From: Escherichia phage iGC_PHA_EC001
Sequence record: OR437326.1
Strand: one strand, 5' to 3'
Length of the DNA: 64,000 nucleotides
Below the pieces are notes generated by a model. It was given only the letters and a program-made list of their open reading frames with translations. It did not search any database and was not told where the DNA came from. The position numbers were made by a program, and so were the translations under genes. Shown piece after piece: positions 28,173 through 36,903 of this stretch (within the stretch, counting starts at the first letter, position 1; every line of letters begins with the position of its first letter).

Positions 28173-28523
28173 CTTATTTTTGGTAAGTAGATAAATCAAT
28201 TGTTCACCTGCTTCTGGTGCATATAGTGCTTTAGTATCGAAGTCAAAGAAGTGAGTGACTCCTGTTACTTTGGATGCATGAATAGATGATCGTGCAAGCT
28301 TAAGCAGATTATCCATTTCCGCAATCTTTGCACGAAATACTGCACGTGTAGCGTCAAAAGCTGCATGTGGCATGTATTTACGATTTAGACTACTACGTTT
28401 AAATTTACGATAGTCTGCAATGATCCTGTTACGTTCTTTGTTCAAGTGCTTTACCAGTGCAGTATATACATGTGGTTCTTTGTTAGCCATTGTTAATCTC
28501 CTCTTCATATGTTGGTAGTGCAT
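28167..28523 (-). CDS. hypothetical protein (118 aa)
   Basis: ORF-track ORF. Confidence 0.5.
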   Translation of the reverse strand: MHYQHMKRRLTMANKEPHVYTALVKHLNKERNRIIADYRKFKRSSLNRKYMPHAAFDATRAVFRAKIAEMDNLLKLARSSIHASKVTGVTHFFDFDTKALYAPEAGEQLIYLLTKNKC

Positions 28524-28695
28524 GGTATGCGATCACAGGTGCCAAGTCAAAATAAAAATGACCATTGATAACAGCTATCGTGCCATTGCGTGTTTTGTTA
28601 ACTTCACAGAATCCCTTCTTGCCGTTTGCCATGATTACAAGCCACTCTCCGATAGGAACATCCTCGGTACCAGATACTTTAATCCATCCAATCAC
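28483..28695 (-). CDS. hypothetical protein (70 aa)
   Basis: ORF-track ORF; overlaps neighbour. Confidence 0.4.
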   Translation of the reverse strand: MIGWIKVSGTEDVPIGEWLVIMANGKKGFCEVNKTRNGTIAVINGHFYFDLAPVIAYHALPTYEEEINNG

Positions 28696-28952
28696 TTTAC
28701 TTCCCCTTTGTAATCGGACACTATACCAGGTCTTACTTTTGCCTTAAGATGTTTCAACTCTGCCATAGGAGTTGCCACTTGTATAAGGTTAATAATTTCA
28801 ACCTCGTAGATAGTATACTCATAACCCGCATACTTCCCGATGGAATGCAGGTATTTGATAGCATGTTCAGGTGAATCTGCTTCAACATACCCCAAATCTT
28901 TTGTAGTGCGGCCTTCACAGTCGCCTTCTGTAGTTACGTGATAAAGTGTCAT
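28692..28952 (-). CDS. hypothetical protein (86 aa)
   Basis: ORF-track ORF. Confidence 0.45.
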   Translation of the reverse strand: MTLYHVTTEGDCEGRTTKDLGYVEADSPEHAIKYLHSIGKYAGYEYTIYEVEIINLIQVATPMAELKHLKAKVRPGIVSDYKGEVK

Positions 28953-29098
28953 AAAACCTCCTCATAGTAAGGTAAAGCCTTGATCAATTGTTCTGAAGCA
29001 CCATTCTCTATCCATGTAGCCCCGTTGTCAAGAGAAACATACCCTTTCTTATCGATAAATTTACGAAGACAACCAGTGAACTTGTTTTTGTAGATCAT
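28949..29098 (-). CDS. hypothetical small protein (49 aa)
   Basis: Own translation MIYKNKFTGCLRKFIDKKGYVSLDNGATWIENGASEQLIKALPYYEEVL; ATGA overlaps at both ends. Confidence 0.35.
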   Translation of the reverse strand: MIYKNKFTGCLRKFIDKKGYVSLDNGATWIENGASEQLIKALPYYEEVL

Positions 29099-29538
29099 TT
29101 CTTCTTTCCTTTCTTTAATTTGTTGTGACCTTTACCCTTATAAAGCTTGTGATTACGAGCAGACGGGTTATTTTGGTTCTCCAGTCGGCTAACAGGTGTA
29201 TTCCAAAGGTTTCCTGCTACAAAAGATGCTGCCACAAGTTCTTCCAGGTATACAAAATCCAAAGCAGGTATCTTTGTTTCCCTAACCTCGCGTTCTACAT
29301 TAGACAACACGCCTTCTTCCTTACTGTCTTCTTTTTCAATTACAGACCAACCCTCTTCCTGCCAAGCTTCCCCTCTGAACCAAGTTTCCATGTTATAACC
29401 TTGTTCGTCGAGAATAACACCATCTCGCATCTCAAACCATTCGCCACCACAAAAATGGCGGTGCTCAACACGTCTACCTTCCTTCATTGCTTCTTTAGCT
29501 TCGGGCCAAGTCAGTTTGATGTTTTGGATGTTTTGCAT
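29095..29538 (-). CDS. hypothetical protein (147 aa), first gene of leftward block
   Basis: ORF-track ORF; Lys-rich C-terminus. Confidence 0.5.
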   Translation of the reverse strand: MQNIQNIKLTWPEAKEAMKEGRRVEHRHFCGGEWFEMRDGVILDEQGYNMETWFRGEAWQEEGWSVIEKEDSKEEGVLSNVEREVRETKIPALDFVYLEELVAASFVAGNLWNTPVSRLENQNNPSARNHKLYKGKGHNKLKKGKKK

Positions 29539-29652
29539 TTGTTTTCTCCTTTTGTTTGGTAGTAGTTGATCTTAACAAGATTAAAAAGTATGTCAATACT
29601 TGATCTGAAATTATTTTCAGGTATCATATATGAACATTAACAAGAGAGGTAG
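29539..29652. promoter_or_regulatory. divergent (strand-switch) control region
   Basis: Only gap between leftward and rightward gene blocks; AT-rich with ttgatc/ttaaca and tatcat hexamers on both strands. Confidence 0.4.
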
Positions 29653-29946
29653 ATGATGAACATTACTTTAGCAACTAAGAATATTTCTGAAACAATTAAC
29701 GGTTTTGGTGTGATTGTAGCCTTGCACGGTAACAATGAGAAATGGTTGGCTTCTTTTGAAGAGGATCGTCAGCACAACATCATTTTAGATGCTCCTATAA
29801 AAGTTATGCATATTGTTGGTGAAAGCAAAGTGCTCACTTCCTCCCGTTCAAAGGAACAAATTACAAACGAATTAGTAAAACTGCTTGACAATGTTCTTAA
29901 CATGTTTGATAATGCACCCATCGACACAAAACGTGTCTTAATGTGA
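29653..29946 (+). CDS. hypothetical protein (97 aa)
   Basis: ORF with RBS agaggtag. Confidence 0.5.
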   Translation: MMNITLATKNISETINGFGVIVALHGNNEKWLASFEEDRQHNIILDAPIKVMHIVGESKVLTSSRSKEQITNELVKLLDNVLNMFDNAPIDTKRVLM

Positions 29947-29958
29947 AAGGAGAACAAA

Positions 29959-30246
29959 ATGTACTATTCACAAGACGAAGTAGCAAACATTAAACTGGCA
30001 GTGGGAGATCTTATTGTGTCACCTAACTACTATTGGGATAACAGAGATTTGGTTGAAGTAGTAACCTATGTTGGAGTTGAAGGTATTGTGCTCTACACAC
30101 TAGGTGGAGGTGTTGTTGGGGAAATGGAACGTTATACGACAACGAAGAAACTGGTAAGCTCTTATCACATGTTTTTACACCAAGGTTCGGAAGAGTATAC
30201 AGCTTTCTTGTTGAAATTAGATGCAGATCGGGAGAAGGCACGATGA
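29959..30246 (+). CDS. hypothetical protein (95 aa)
   Basis: RBS aaggagaac. Confidence 0.5.
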   Translation: MYYSQDEVANIKLAVGDLIVSPNYYWDNRDLVEVVTYVGVEGIVLYTLGGGVVGEMERYTTTKKLVSSYHMFLHQGSEEYTAFLLKLDADREKAR

Positions 30247-30599
30247 AAATTGTACACGATGAAATTCAAATAGAAGAAAGTGACCTGATGGATTTGGATG
30301 CAGTTTTGGGGAAGGTAATCTATGCAGGAATTAAAGCCTTCCGTGAGAAGGCAAACAATAGCACGTTTGTCATGATCCCCACTAAACTGATGCGTGTTTT
30401 GTATCCAAATAGAAGTGCGCCGTATACAGATGAAGAAGAGGAGACAGGTAGAAGAGAGTGGTTAAATATTTTAGAAAAGATGGAGAATGCTTTTATTGAT
30501 AGTGGTAATCCAGAAATCGTGTATGCTGAAGATCAAAGGAAGGCACGATTAGAGGGCCGTCTTTTATTCGCTAGTTATTTTGATAATCTTTGGAGCTAA
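30243..30599 (+). CDS. hypothetical protein (118 aa)
   Basis: ORF-track ORF. Confidence 0.5.
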   Translation: MKIVHDEIQIEESDLMDLDAVLGKVIYAGIKAFREKANNSTFVMIPTKLMRVLYPNRSAPYTDEEEETGRREWLNILEKMENAFIDSGNPEIVYAEDQRKARLEGRLLFASYFDNLWS

Positions 30600-30601
30600 A
30601 T

Positions 30602-30778
30602 ATGTCTGAATTCTTCACAATGGCTTTCTTAGGGATCTATCTGATTATTAGTGCTGTTGGCTTAATCATGTCTCTAATAGAGGAAATGGGAATTAAGTGG
30701 AATTGTGTATTCGGTATAGCTCTTATGCTCACTCCGGTTTGGATCTACATCTGCAAAGCAGTTGAACTAATTGGTTAA
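30602..30778 (+). CDS. small membrane protein
   Basis: Trimmed to MSEFF; two hydrophobic segments. Confidence 0.45.
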   Translation: MSEFFTMAFLGIYLIISAVGLIMSLIEEMGIKWNCVFGIALMLTPVWIYICKAVELIG

Positions 30779-30789
30779 TATGGGGTAAT

Positions 30790-31041
30790 ATGATTCAGTT
30801 CCAAAAAGGTCAAAAGATGACGGTATACGACGCAAAAGATATGGAATTTGCACTTGAACTTCTCGAAGATGCAGGTTTTGTGTGGATCAACGGCGGAGAG
30901 AAGCCTACGGCTTGGCTTCCACATGAAAAAGTAGTCAACCACACCTTTCCTGACAGTATCAACTGGCATTCTGATGGTAAGATTTGCCGTGGAAGTTACC
31001 CAACAGGTGTCGAGTGGACCATTAAATTAGGAGGGCTTTAA
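30790..31041 (+). CDS. hypothetical protein (83 aa)
   Basis: ORF-track ORF. Confidence 0.45.
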   Translation: MIQFQKGQKMTVYDAKDMEFALELLEDAGFVWINGGEKPTAWLPHEKVVNHTFPDSINWHSDGKICRGSYPTGVEWTIKLGGL

Positions 31042-31042
31042 T

Positions 31043-31381
31043 ATGTTTAGTAAAGAGATGAGAGACGTAATTGCCACTCTGGTAGTTGATCATGGTGTTG
31101 AAGTTGAGCGTCACGTTTGGAAAGATGAGCCTCCTTTCTTTGATTTGGCATCACGGGCTAAAAGTCACATGTATCTCCTTGAAGATGATAAGGATTTTAT
31201 TCTGCGTATGCGTTATGATCGAGAGTTTAGAATTCCTCTTGACACAGATCCTGATGATGTAGTATTGTGGTTGGCAGAGCATTTCGCATTTAACGCTCTA
31301 CATGGAAGAAGTTTTGGTAATGAACGTTGGGATACCATTTGTCGTAAACATAATATTGAACCAGAATACGGGAGTATGTAA
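31043..31381 (+). CDS. hypothetical protein (112 aa)
   Basis: ORF-track ORF. Confidence 0.5.
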   Translation: MFSKEMRDVIATLVVDHGVEVERHVWKDEPPFFDLASRAKSHMYLLEDDKDFILRMRYDREFRIPLDTDPDDVVLWLAEHFAFNALHGRSFGNERWDTICRKHNIEPEYGSM

Positions 31382-31632
31382 TGTTAAGCGTTAAGCCTAA
31401 GATGATCAGTGAAGACCAGAAAGATTTCATTTACAAGTGTGGACGAATCTGGAGAGAGTATACCAAGGGTAACGAGGTCGTGGTGGTTACTGAACACCAG
31501 ATTGAAATCTCTGATCTTTTCGGTGATTATTTGCAAGTGATCAAATTAGGCATTGACAGAGGTTTGGTGCAGGTGTTAACATTATCCCAAGTTGAAGCAG
31601 AACACTTAGACAAAATCATTGTCGAGTTCTAA
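31381..31632 (+). CDS. hypothetical protein (83 aa)
   Basis: ORF-track ORF. Confidence 0.45.
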   Translation: MLSVKPKMISEDQKDFIYKCGRIWREYTKGNEVVVVTEHQIEISDLFGDYLQVIKLGIDRGLVQVLTLSQVEAEHLDKIIVEF

Positions 31633-31645
31633 GAGGAGAAAGAAT

Positions 31646-31810
31646 ATGATCTCTTTAGAATCAATAGCTTTTAAGAAAGGGTATACCGCAGGGTTCAAGT
31701 TTGGTATGTTTAATAAAGTAAATCCATACTGTCCAATGACACACAAAAAGGAATTCGAAGAATGGGAAGATGGATTTTCTAAAGGCTACCAGGCAAAGGG
31801 TTGGTTGTAA
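31646..31810 (+). CDS. hypothetical small protein (54 aa)
   Basis: Trimmed to Met10 with RBS aggagaaag. Confidence 0.4.
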   Translation: MISLESIAFKKGYTAGFKFGMFNKVNPYCPMTHKKEFEEWEDGFSKGYQAKGWL

Positions 31811-31819
31811 GGAGAGAAT

Positions 31820-31984
31820 ATGATTTTAAACTTCATCATCAACTTGTGTTTGACATTGGGACTACTCTGTGCAATAGTATCCCCTCTGGTTGGTGAATAT
31901 TGTTCTGAACTGGCGATGTTTATAGTTCTTGGTGCAGCTATTGCTAATATGTTTGTCGCTGCGATTTGTATGTTGTGGGAATAG
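31820..31984 (+). CDS. small membrane protein (54 aa)
   Basis: Own translation MILNFIINLCLTLGLLCAIVSPLVGEYCSELAMFIVLGAAIANMFVAAICMLWE; RBS aaggagag. Confidence 0.4.
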   Translation: MILNFIINLCLTLGLLCAIVSPLVGEYCSELAMFIVLGAAIANMFVAAICMLWE

Positions 31985-31995
31985 GAGGGAAGTTT

Positions 31996-32325
31996 ATGAA
32001 AAAATTAATCTTAGCCACATTGCTGGCTACCGTAAGCTTCACCACTTACGCTCAAAAATTTGTAGCAGTTAAAACGGATATTGGTAAAGATGTTGTGATC
32101 ACAGGCAACAAATTTTACTATACCCCTGGAAATGGTGTTCTAGAAGAGTGCCAAGATGTTGAGGCATATACAGGAAAAGAAGATAACACGGAACGTCCTT
32201 TTTATTCGATTATAGCTACTTGCAAAAATGAAATAGTAGCTATTAAACAATACAAAGATGCCCCTGGAGGAGAGTACTTATTAATCAAGAATATTAAGAG
32301 TGAAAAACTACAAAGTTTACAGTAA
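31996..32325 (+). CDS. secreted protein with signal peptide
   Basis: Trimmed to MKKLILATLLATVSFTTYA (signal peptide), RBS aggaggg. Confidence 0.5.
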   Translation: MKKLILATLLATVSFTTYAQKFVAVKTDIGKDVVITGNKFYYTPGNGVLEECQDVEAYTGKEDNTERPFYSIIATCKNEIVAIKQYKDAPGGEYLLIKNIKSEKLQSLQ

Positions 32326-32350
32326 TTATTTTAAAAGGAGAAACGTTCTA

Positions 32351-33490
32351 ATGAAATACACTATTTTTGGAGATGTGGCTGTTGTAAATAAGGAATATGG
32401 TGTTGAAGCTAATAAACTTCCTGCTGGAGTTTGGGTTGTCAACTGCGATCCGCACGGTAACTACTCTTTAGTGCGTGGCGAAAGTTTCTCTCTTCCGAAC
32501 ACTCTTTATGGGGAAACTAAAGACCGCGCCGCACATGTTATTAAAACATTTGCTCGTCGTAGTAAAGAAGGTAAAAATACTGGGGTGTTACTGACAGGAA
32601 CAAAGGGCAGTGGTAAGACGATGTTAGCTAAACTGATTAGCATGTCCCTAATGTCCACAGAAGGTTTAGGTATTCCAACCATTTTGGTGACACAGCCTTA
32701 CACAGATGCTGGATTCTTAGAATTTATGAGTAAAATTACAGATCGTGCTGTTGTTTTATTTGACGAGTTTGATAAAGTGTACGCTAAGAAAGAAGATCAG
32801 GAAGCACTGTTGACCTTGTTGGATGGAACAGGAAGTGGAAATAAACTTTACATCCTCACTAAAAATAGTGGCTATATCTCGGAATATTTTGTAAACCGTC
32901 CTAGTCGTATCTACTACAGTTTCAATTACGATAAACTGTCTAGTGAAACTATGTTAGATTACTTGGATAAGAACTTGGTAAATAAAAAGCACGTAGATAA
33001 CTTCCAACGTTTATGGGATGTTAGCACAGAGTTGTCTTTCGATGTTATTCAAGGCATTGTAGAAGAATTGAATTTCTATCCAAAAATGACTTTTAAAGAA
33101 TGTCTTGAAATGATGGGTATTTCTTTAGGGAACGATGCTAAATGGAATGTGGCTTCTATCGTAGCTAATGGCAAAACCTTGAAGGTGAATTGGATCAATA
33201 ACTGGCACGACTTCACCCCTACTAAGTTTTTGTCGGGTGCTTGTTCCCTGAACATCTATCTACAAAGTTTGAAAGATGATGAAGTGGAAGCAATAGAAAC
33301 CAACAGTTATGTTATCCTGGATGAAGATGGTGATCCACATATTGATCTATGTGCAACGGCGGATGGTCTAACTTGCGATCTGATTGAAGGTGGTAAGATT
33401 CTTGTGATGAGCACTACACCAGGAAACACTCTGCGAGTGGTGCTGGAGCCTGTAACACAACGTTCCACCACACTTGGTAGCGTGTTCTAA
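32351..33490 (+). CDS. P-loop ATPase (AAA-like)
   Basis: Walker A GTKGSGKT, Walker B VVLFDEFD; trimmed to MKYTIFG with RBS aaaggag. Confidence 0.6.
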   Translation: MKYTIFGDVAVVNKEYGVEANKLPAGVWVVNCDPHGNYSLVRGESFSLPNTLYGETKDRAAHVIKTFARRSKEGKNTGVLLTGTKGSGKTMLAKLISMSLMSTEGLGIPTILVTQPYTDAGFLEFMSKITDRAVVLFDEFDKVYAKKEDQEALLTLLDGTGSGNKLYILTKNSGYISEYFVNRPSRIYYSFNYDKLSSETMLDYLDKNLVNKKHVDNFQRLWDVSTELSFDVIQGIVEELNFYPKMTFKECLEMMGISLGNDAKWNVASIVANGKTLKVNWINNWHDFTPTKFLSGACSLNIYLQSLKDDEVEAIETNSYVILDEDGDPHIDLCATADGLTCDLIEGGKILVMSTTPGNTLRVVLEPVTQRSTTLGSVF

Positions 33491-33494
33491 TAAA

Positions 33495-33519
33495 GATGCC
33501 CCGCAAGGGGCATTTCTTA
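33495..33519 (+). terminator. rho-independent terminator
   Basis: gatgccccgcaaggggcat hairpin followed by ttcttat. Confidence 0.55.
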
Positions 33520-33531
33520 TAGGATGAAATC

Positions 33532-34740
33532 ATGAGTAAAGCTAAAAGTTGGGAAGAATATAAAGCAGAATGCGAGATCATAGCTCTCTCTAAAGGATAT
33601 AAAATTTTAGGCCATAAAGAATGGAAAGGGTGTGAGACTAAACTCCTGATAGAATGTCCTGTGCACGGTGTATGGGATACTTGTAAAATATCTAACTTTA
33701 AAAGTGGGAAGTCTTGCCCTTCTTGTGGTGAATTAACAAAAAGGGAGAAGAGAACGAAGAGCAGAGAGGACCAAGAGAAAGAGTGTGAAGAAGAAGCGTT
33801 AAAAAGAGGTTGGCGCTTCTTGGGTATCTATGGAGAATGGCTGAAAGCTAAAAAGACACGAGTAATCTTACGTTGTGATAGGGGTCACGAGTTTAACACA
33901 TCTACCATAGACAACTTTAAGAATAATAAACAAGGTTGTCCAGTTTGTCGTTTAGAGGATATAGGTAAACACAATAAGCTTTCAGACGATCAGCACATAC
34001 AAGATTTCATGAGTACGGGTGTGTTTCCCGAAGGCACTACCTTCACTAATACAGGGGAAAAAGCTGGGAGGAGCGAAATACTTTGGAGTGTATTTTGCCC
34101 TATCTGTGCTATAGATGAGTTTTCCAAAGCTGGGGTAGGAACGGGATATTTTATCGGTAGAGGTAGTTCATTAAAACAGGGTATGCGCCCTTGTCGTTGT
34201 TCTGCCAGTTACAAATATTCTGAAGAAGAGATGACATTTAGAGCAAAAAGTGACGTAGAACGTAGAGGGTACGTGTGGTTGGGGTGGATCGGGAAAGCTT
34301 CTATACTTGGGGATTTTGAATATGGTTGCAAGGATCATGGGAAACATGTGTGTAGTGCTAACAATTGGTTAAATAAGGGGTGTGGTTGCCCTGGTTGTGC
34401 AGGTATGAATCAACAACAAGCCTACATTAATTATATTTACGATGAGCAAGATATTATCTGTGCACTGAAGTTTGGTATTGCTAATAATAGTAATCGCCGT
34501 ATCAAAGAACAAAATAGTCGTAATGTGTTTACTATGAAACAGAGCCAAGTGTGGCACTTCCCTACTGTGAAGCAATGCAAAGATGCAGAAAAGCGTTGTA
34601 AGCGTGTCCTTCACACGGAAGCAGTGAGCAAATATTCTATGCCAGATGGCTACACAGAGACAGTGGAGTTATCTTGCATGGCATCAATACAAAATATTTA
34701 TAAACTTTATGGTGGAACATTACAGGAGGAAACATGTTAG
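33532..34740 (+). CDS. Cys-rich protein with four tandem zinc-ribbon-like modules and a C-terminal GIY-YIG/T5orf172-like region
   Basis: Repeated about 60-aa module ..G(Y/W)..LG...W......L.C..GH.......NFK..K..CP.C; C-terminus YINYIYDEQD..ALKFGIANN. Confidence 0.45.
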   Translation: MSKAKSWEEYKAECEIIALSKGYKILGHKEWKGCETKLLIECPVHGVWDTCKISNFKSGKSCPSCGELTKREKRTKSREDQEKECEEEALKRGWRFLGIYGEWLKAKKTRVILRCDRGHEFNTSTIDNFKNNKQGCPVCRLEDIGKHNKLSDDQHIQDFMSTGVFPEGTTFTNTGEKAGRSEILWSVFCPICAIDEFSKAGVGTGYFIGRGSSLKQGMRPCRCSASYKYSEEEMTFRAKSDVERRGYVWLGWIGKASILGDFEYGCKDHGKHVCSANNWLNKGCGCPGCAGMNQQQAYINYIYDEQDIICALKFGIANNSNRRIKEQNSRNVFTMKQSQVWHFPTVKQCKDAEKRCKRVLHTEAVSKYSMPDGYTETVELSCMASIQNIYKLYGGTLQEETC

Positions 34741-35099
34741 TTGACGTTCAAATTATGCGCAACGAAAGAATGGACTTCTTTGAAGCAGTAGAGAAACATC
34801 TGATCAGATGGGACTATGAATTTGTTCCTGCTGGATGTGGACCAGTAGAGCATTTAGCGGAAGACGACGATGTATACATGATCATTCGTCAAGTGTACCA
34901 GACAGACCAGTGTGAAGAAACTCCCGAACTAATTTTGTTTGAGTGCAAAGATCTTGCAAAATATTTTGACTATGGCGGAAAAGAGGGTCATAATCTCTCC
35001 AGATACAATAAACGTCTACTTATCTTAGACTACATGCGGAACAACAAACACAAACTCATCGACGCAGACGCAGTTTATGGCTACTGGTGGATGGACTAA
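34734..35099 (+). CDS. hypothetical protein (121 aa)
   Basis: ORF-track ORF. Confidence 0.5.
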   Translation: MLVDVQIMRNERMDFFEAVEKHLIRWDYEFVPAGCGPVEHLAEDDDVYMIIRQVYQTDQCEETPELILFECKDLAKYFDYGGKEGHNLSRYNKRLLILDYMRNNKHKLIDADAVYGYWWMD

Positions 35100-35112
35100 C
35101 AAAGGAGAAACT

Positions 35113-35292
35113 ATGGCACGTTTAGCAGATCATGAAATCTTTAAACCTATTCTGAACCACTATGATGAACTTAAAGCAGTGTTGGATTGTTATAAAGAGG
35201 ATGAAGAACGCTTGGAAGTCAATCTTAAGATAGTTCTGATGAAAGCTTTTCAAGACGGGCAAGCTAAAGTCTTAGAAGGTATGAAAAAATGA
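35113..35292 (+). CDS. hypothetical protein (59 aa)
   Basis: Trimmed to MARLADHEIF with RBS aaaggag. Confidence 0.4.
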   Translation: MARLADHEIFKPILNHYDELKAVLDCYKEDEERLEVNLKIVLMKAFQDGQAKVLEGMKK

Positions 35293-35831
35293 GAATAACT
35301 GACGAATATGTATTCTTCTTTTCACATAAAGATGTTTTTAGTAATTGGTATATTGCACCCTTTACAGAAACCGAACCAGGTTACAATCAGACATTTAATT
35401 GTGTCGAACAATACATGATGTGGCGTAAAGCTTTGCTTTTTAATGACCACAACACTGCACAGGCTATTCTGACTCATAGTTTGATACGGAAAGATGAGAA
35501 GATCCAAGCTTATTACAAACGTATGGGTAGGGCAGTGTCGGATTTTGATAACAATATGTGGGAAGAGAACCGTGAGCGTATTGTTATGCGAGGTTTATGC
35601 TTGAAATATGTACAGAATCCAGATTTGTATGCAGACTTACACCTTTACCAATACAAAACGTTTGTTGAAGCAAGCCCCTACGATAAGGTTTACGGAATTG
35701 GAATGGGGATGTATGAACCAGGGGTGCTAAACCCTGCCACCTGGAAAGGACAGAATCTTTTAGGCAAATATCATAATAAACTGATCGAAATACTTTTCCC
35801 AGACAAAATACCGCAAAGACGATATTTGTGA
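35289..35831 (+). CDS. NADAR-domain protein (YbiA/DUF1768-like N-glycosidase family)
   Basis: FSNWYIAPF, EQYMMWRKALLF, MGRAVSDFD..W, LKYVQNPDL, VEASPYDKVYGIGMG match the YbiA/NADAR family pattern as recalled. Confidence 0.7.
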   Translation: MRITDEYVFFFSHKDVFSNWYIAPFTETEPGYNQTFNCVEQYMMWRKALLFNDHNTAQAILTHSLIRKDEKIQAYYKRMGRAVSDFDNNMWEENRERIVMRGLCLKYVQNPDLYADLHLYQYKTFVEASPYDKVYGIGMGMYEPGVLNPATWKGQNLLGKYHNKLIEILFPDKIPQRRYL

Positions 35832-35886
35832 TATTTTAACTTTTTTCATTTTTAGAACAAAGGTGTCACTTTGTAGCACAGAAATA

Positions 35887-35925
35887 AGGCTCCTACAGCA
35901 CCGTAGAGAGCCTGTTATTTTGTCC
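35887..35925 (+). terminator. rho-independent terminator after NADAR gene
   Basis: ggctcctac-agcacc-gtagagagcc hairpin followed by tgttattttg. Confidence 0.5.
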
Positions 35926-36071
35926 TATACAAACCCTTGTCTTTTTCAGTTTGCATCACTAGGATTCGATCTGAGTGGGTTCCTGAAGGTCTGCCAATAA
36001 GATTAAAGGTTATCTCAAACTCCCATTACCTATTATCTCAAAAATCCCTCAAATTATTTAAACTTTTTAAG

Positions 36072-36260
36072 AATTTACAAAAGTGAAAGTTGAAAACCAA
36101 AATTTAAAGTTTAGGAAAATTATCTTAAAATGTCAGATACAAAACAAAACTCAAAAGTCAAGGAAAATTTTAAAAATTTTGCGCGCCCACAGTATTTAAA
36201 GTTTTTTTGCTTTTACAAAAATGAAAGTACAAAAGCAAAATTTAAAGTTTACAAAAATTT
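36072..36260. repeat. two imperfect direct repeats (about 45 bp) in AT-rich noncoding DNA
   Basis: ttacaaaagtgaaagttgaaaaccaaaatttaaagtttaggaaaatt (about 36072-36121) and ttacaaaaatgaaagtacaaaagcaaaatttaaagtttacaaaaatt (about 36211-36260). Confidence 0.55.
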
Positions 36261-36298
36261 ATGCAGATGGGAATGAGAAGAGTTCTCATATGGAAATG

Positions 36299-36322
36299 CA
36301 AATGATAATGATTCGCATTTAG
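36299..36322. promoter_or_regulatory. Fur-box-like palindromic motif, copy L1
   Basis: aatgataatgattcgcatttag; compare E. coli Fur box consensus gataatgataatcattatc. Confidence 0.35.
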
Positions 36323-36357
36323 GTTTATAAATGAGATTGATTCTTATTTGATAAGGT

Positions 36358-36388
36358 AAATGATAATCATTCTCATTTAGAGAATGAC
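36358..36388. promoter_or_regulatory. Fur-box-like palindromic motif, copy L2
   Basis: aaatgataatcattctcatttagagaatgac; near-perfect dyad. Confidence 0.4.
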
Positions 36389-36636
36389 GCGCAGGGGCGG
36401 TGTTTGTCTCGCGCTCCCGTGTCCCCTCGCCATGTAATAAGAATAACAGATCCAGCCAGGAAAGCAAGCGATTATTTTATCTTTACATTTCTTTACAAAT
36501 ATATAGCGCCCAGCCTACCGGCGATCAACCTTCCAACCAGTGCCCCTGGTATGTTAGCCCCGCCTTTACGCCGTGGGGTGGCGCTTCCTCTTCTGTATGT
36601 AAAACAGTATAAGCCCGATCCCTGGGCTTGTCAAGA

Positions 36637-36903
36637 TTATTTTTTGTTTTCTTGCCAGGTCAGGACACCTAGCCAAAAATGAATATCACCTTTTCCCCAA
36701 TGTGGTATATTGCTTTCTTTCCCACCTTCACGCGCCCAGGTAAAACCGCCCGTGTAACTTTGTAATTGATAACTATCCTCGACCTTATAATCTGATAGGT
36801 TGAGAACGGTTTCAACCTTTAAGCCCGTTGCGCTTGCTACCTGGTGCACCGTGCCGCCTTGCCAGCCCAATGAGTGCATAAGATGTAATGTAGTATTTGT
36901 CAT
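36637..36903 (-). CDS. hypothetical protein (88 aa) on opposite strand within GC-rich island
   Basis: Only sizeable ORF in the GC-rich segment 36390-37000; codon composition unlike flanking genes. Confidence 0.35.
   Translation of the reverse strand: MTNTTLHLMHSLGWQGGTVHQVASATGLKVETVLNLSDYKVEDSYQLQSYTGGFTWAREGGKESNIPHWGKGDIHFWLGVLTWQENKK

Noticed and set aside
36299-36388. Firm annotation of the palindromic motifs as functional Fur binding sites
   Set aside because: AT-rich palindromes can match the Fur consensus by chance; reported as a hypothesis rather than a feature with high confidence.
35832-36400. tRNA genes in the long noncoding regions (35.8-36.4 kb and 45.0-46.4 kb)
   Set aside because: No segment shows the GTTCGAATC-type T-loop together with acceptor, D and anticodon stems; the sequence is AT-rich and repetitive rather than tRNA-like. 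A tRNAscan run would be decisive.
36400-36682. Plus-strand ORFs 36400-36612 and 36404-36682 in the GC-rich island
   Set aside because: Pro/Ala/Arg-rich translations typical of random GC-rich sequence, overlapping each other; no RBS.
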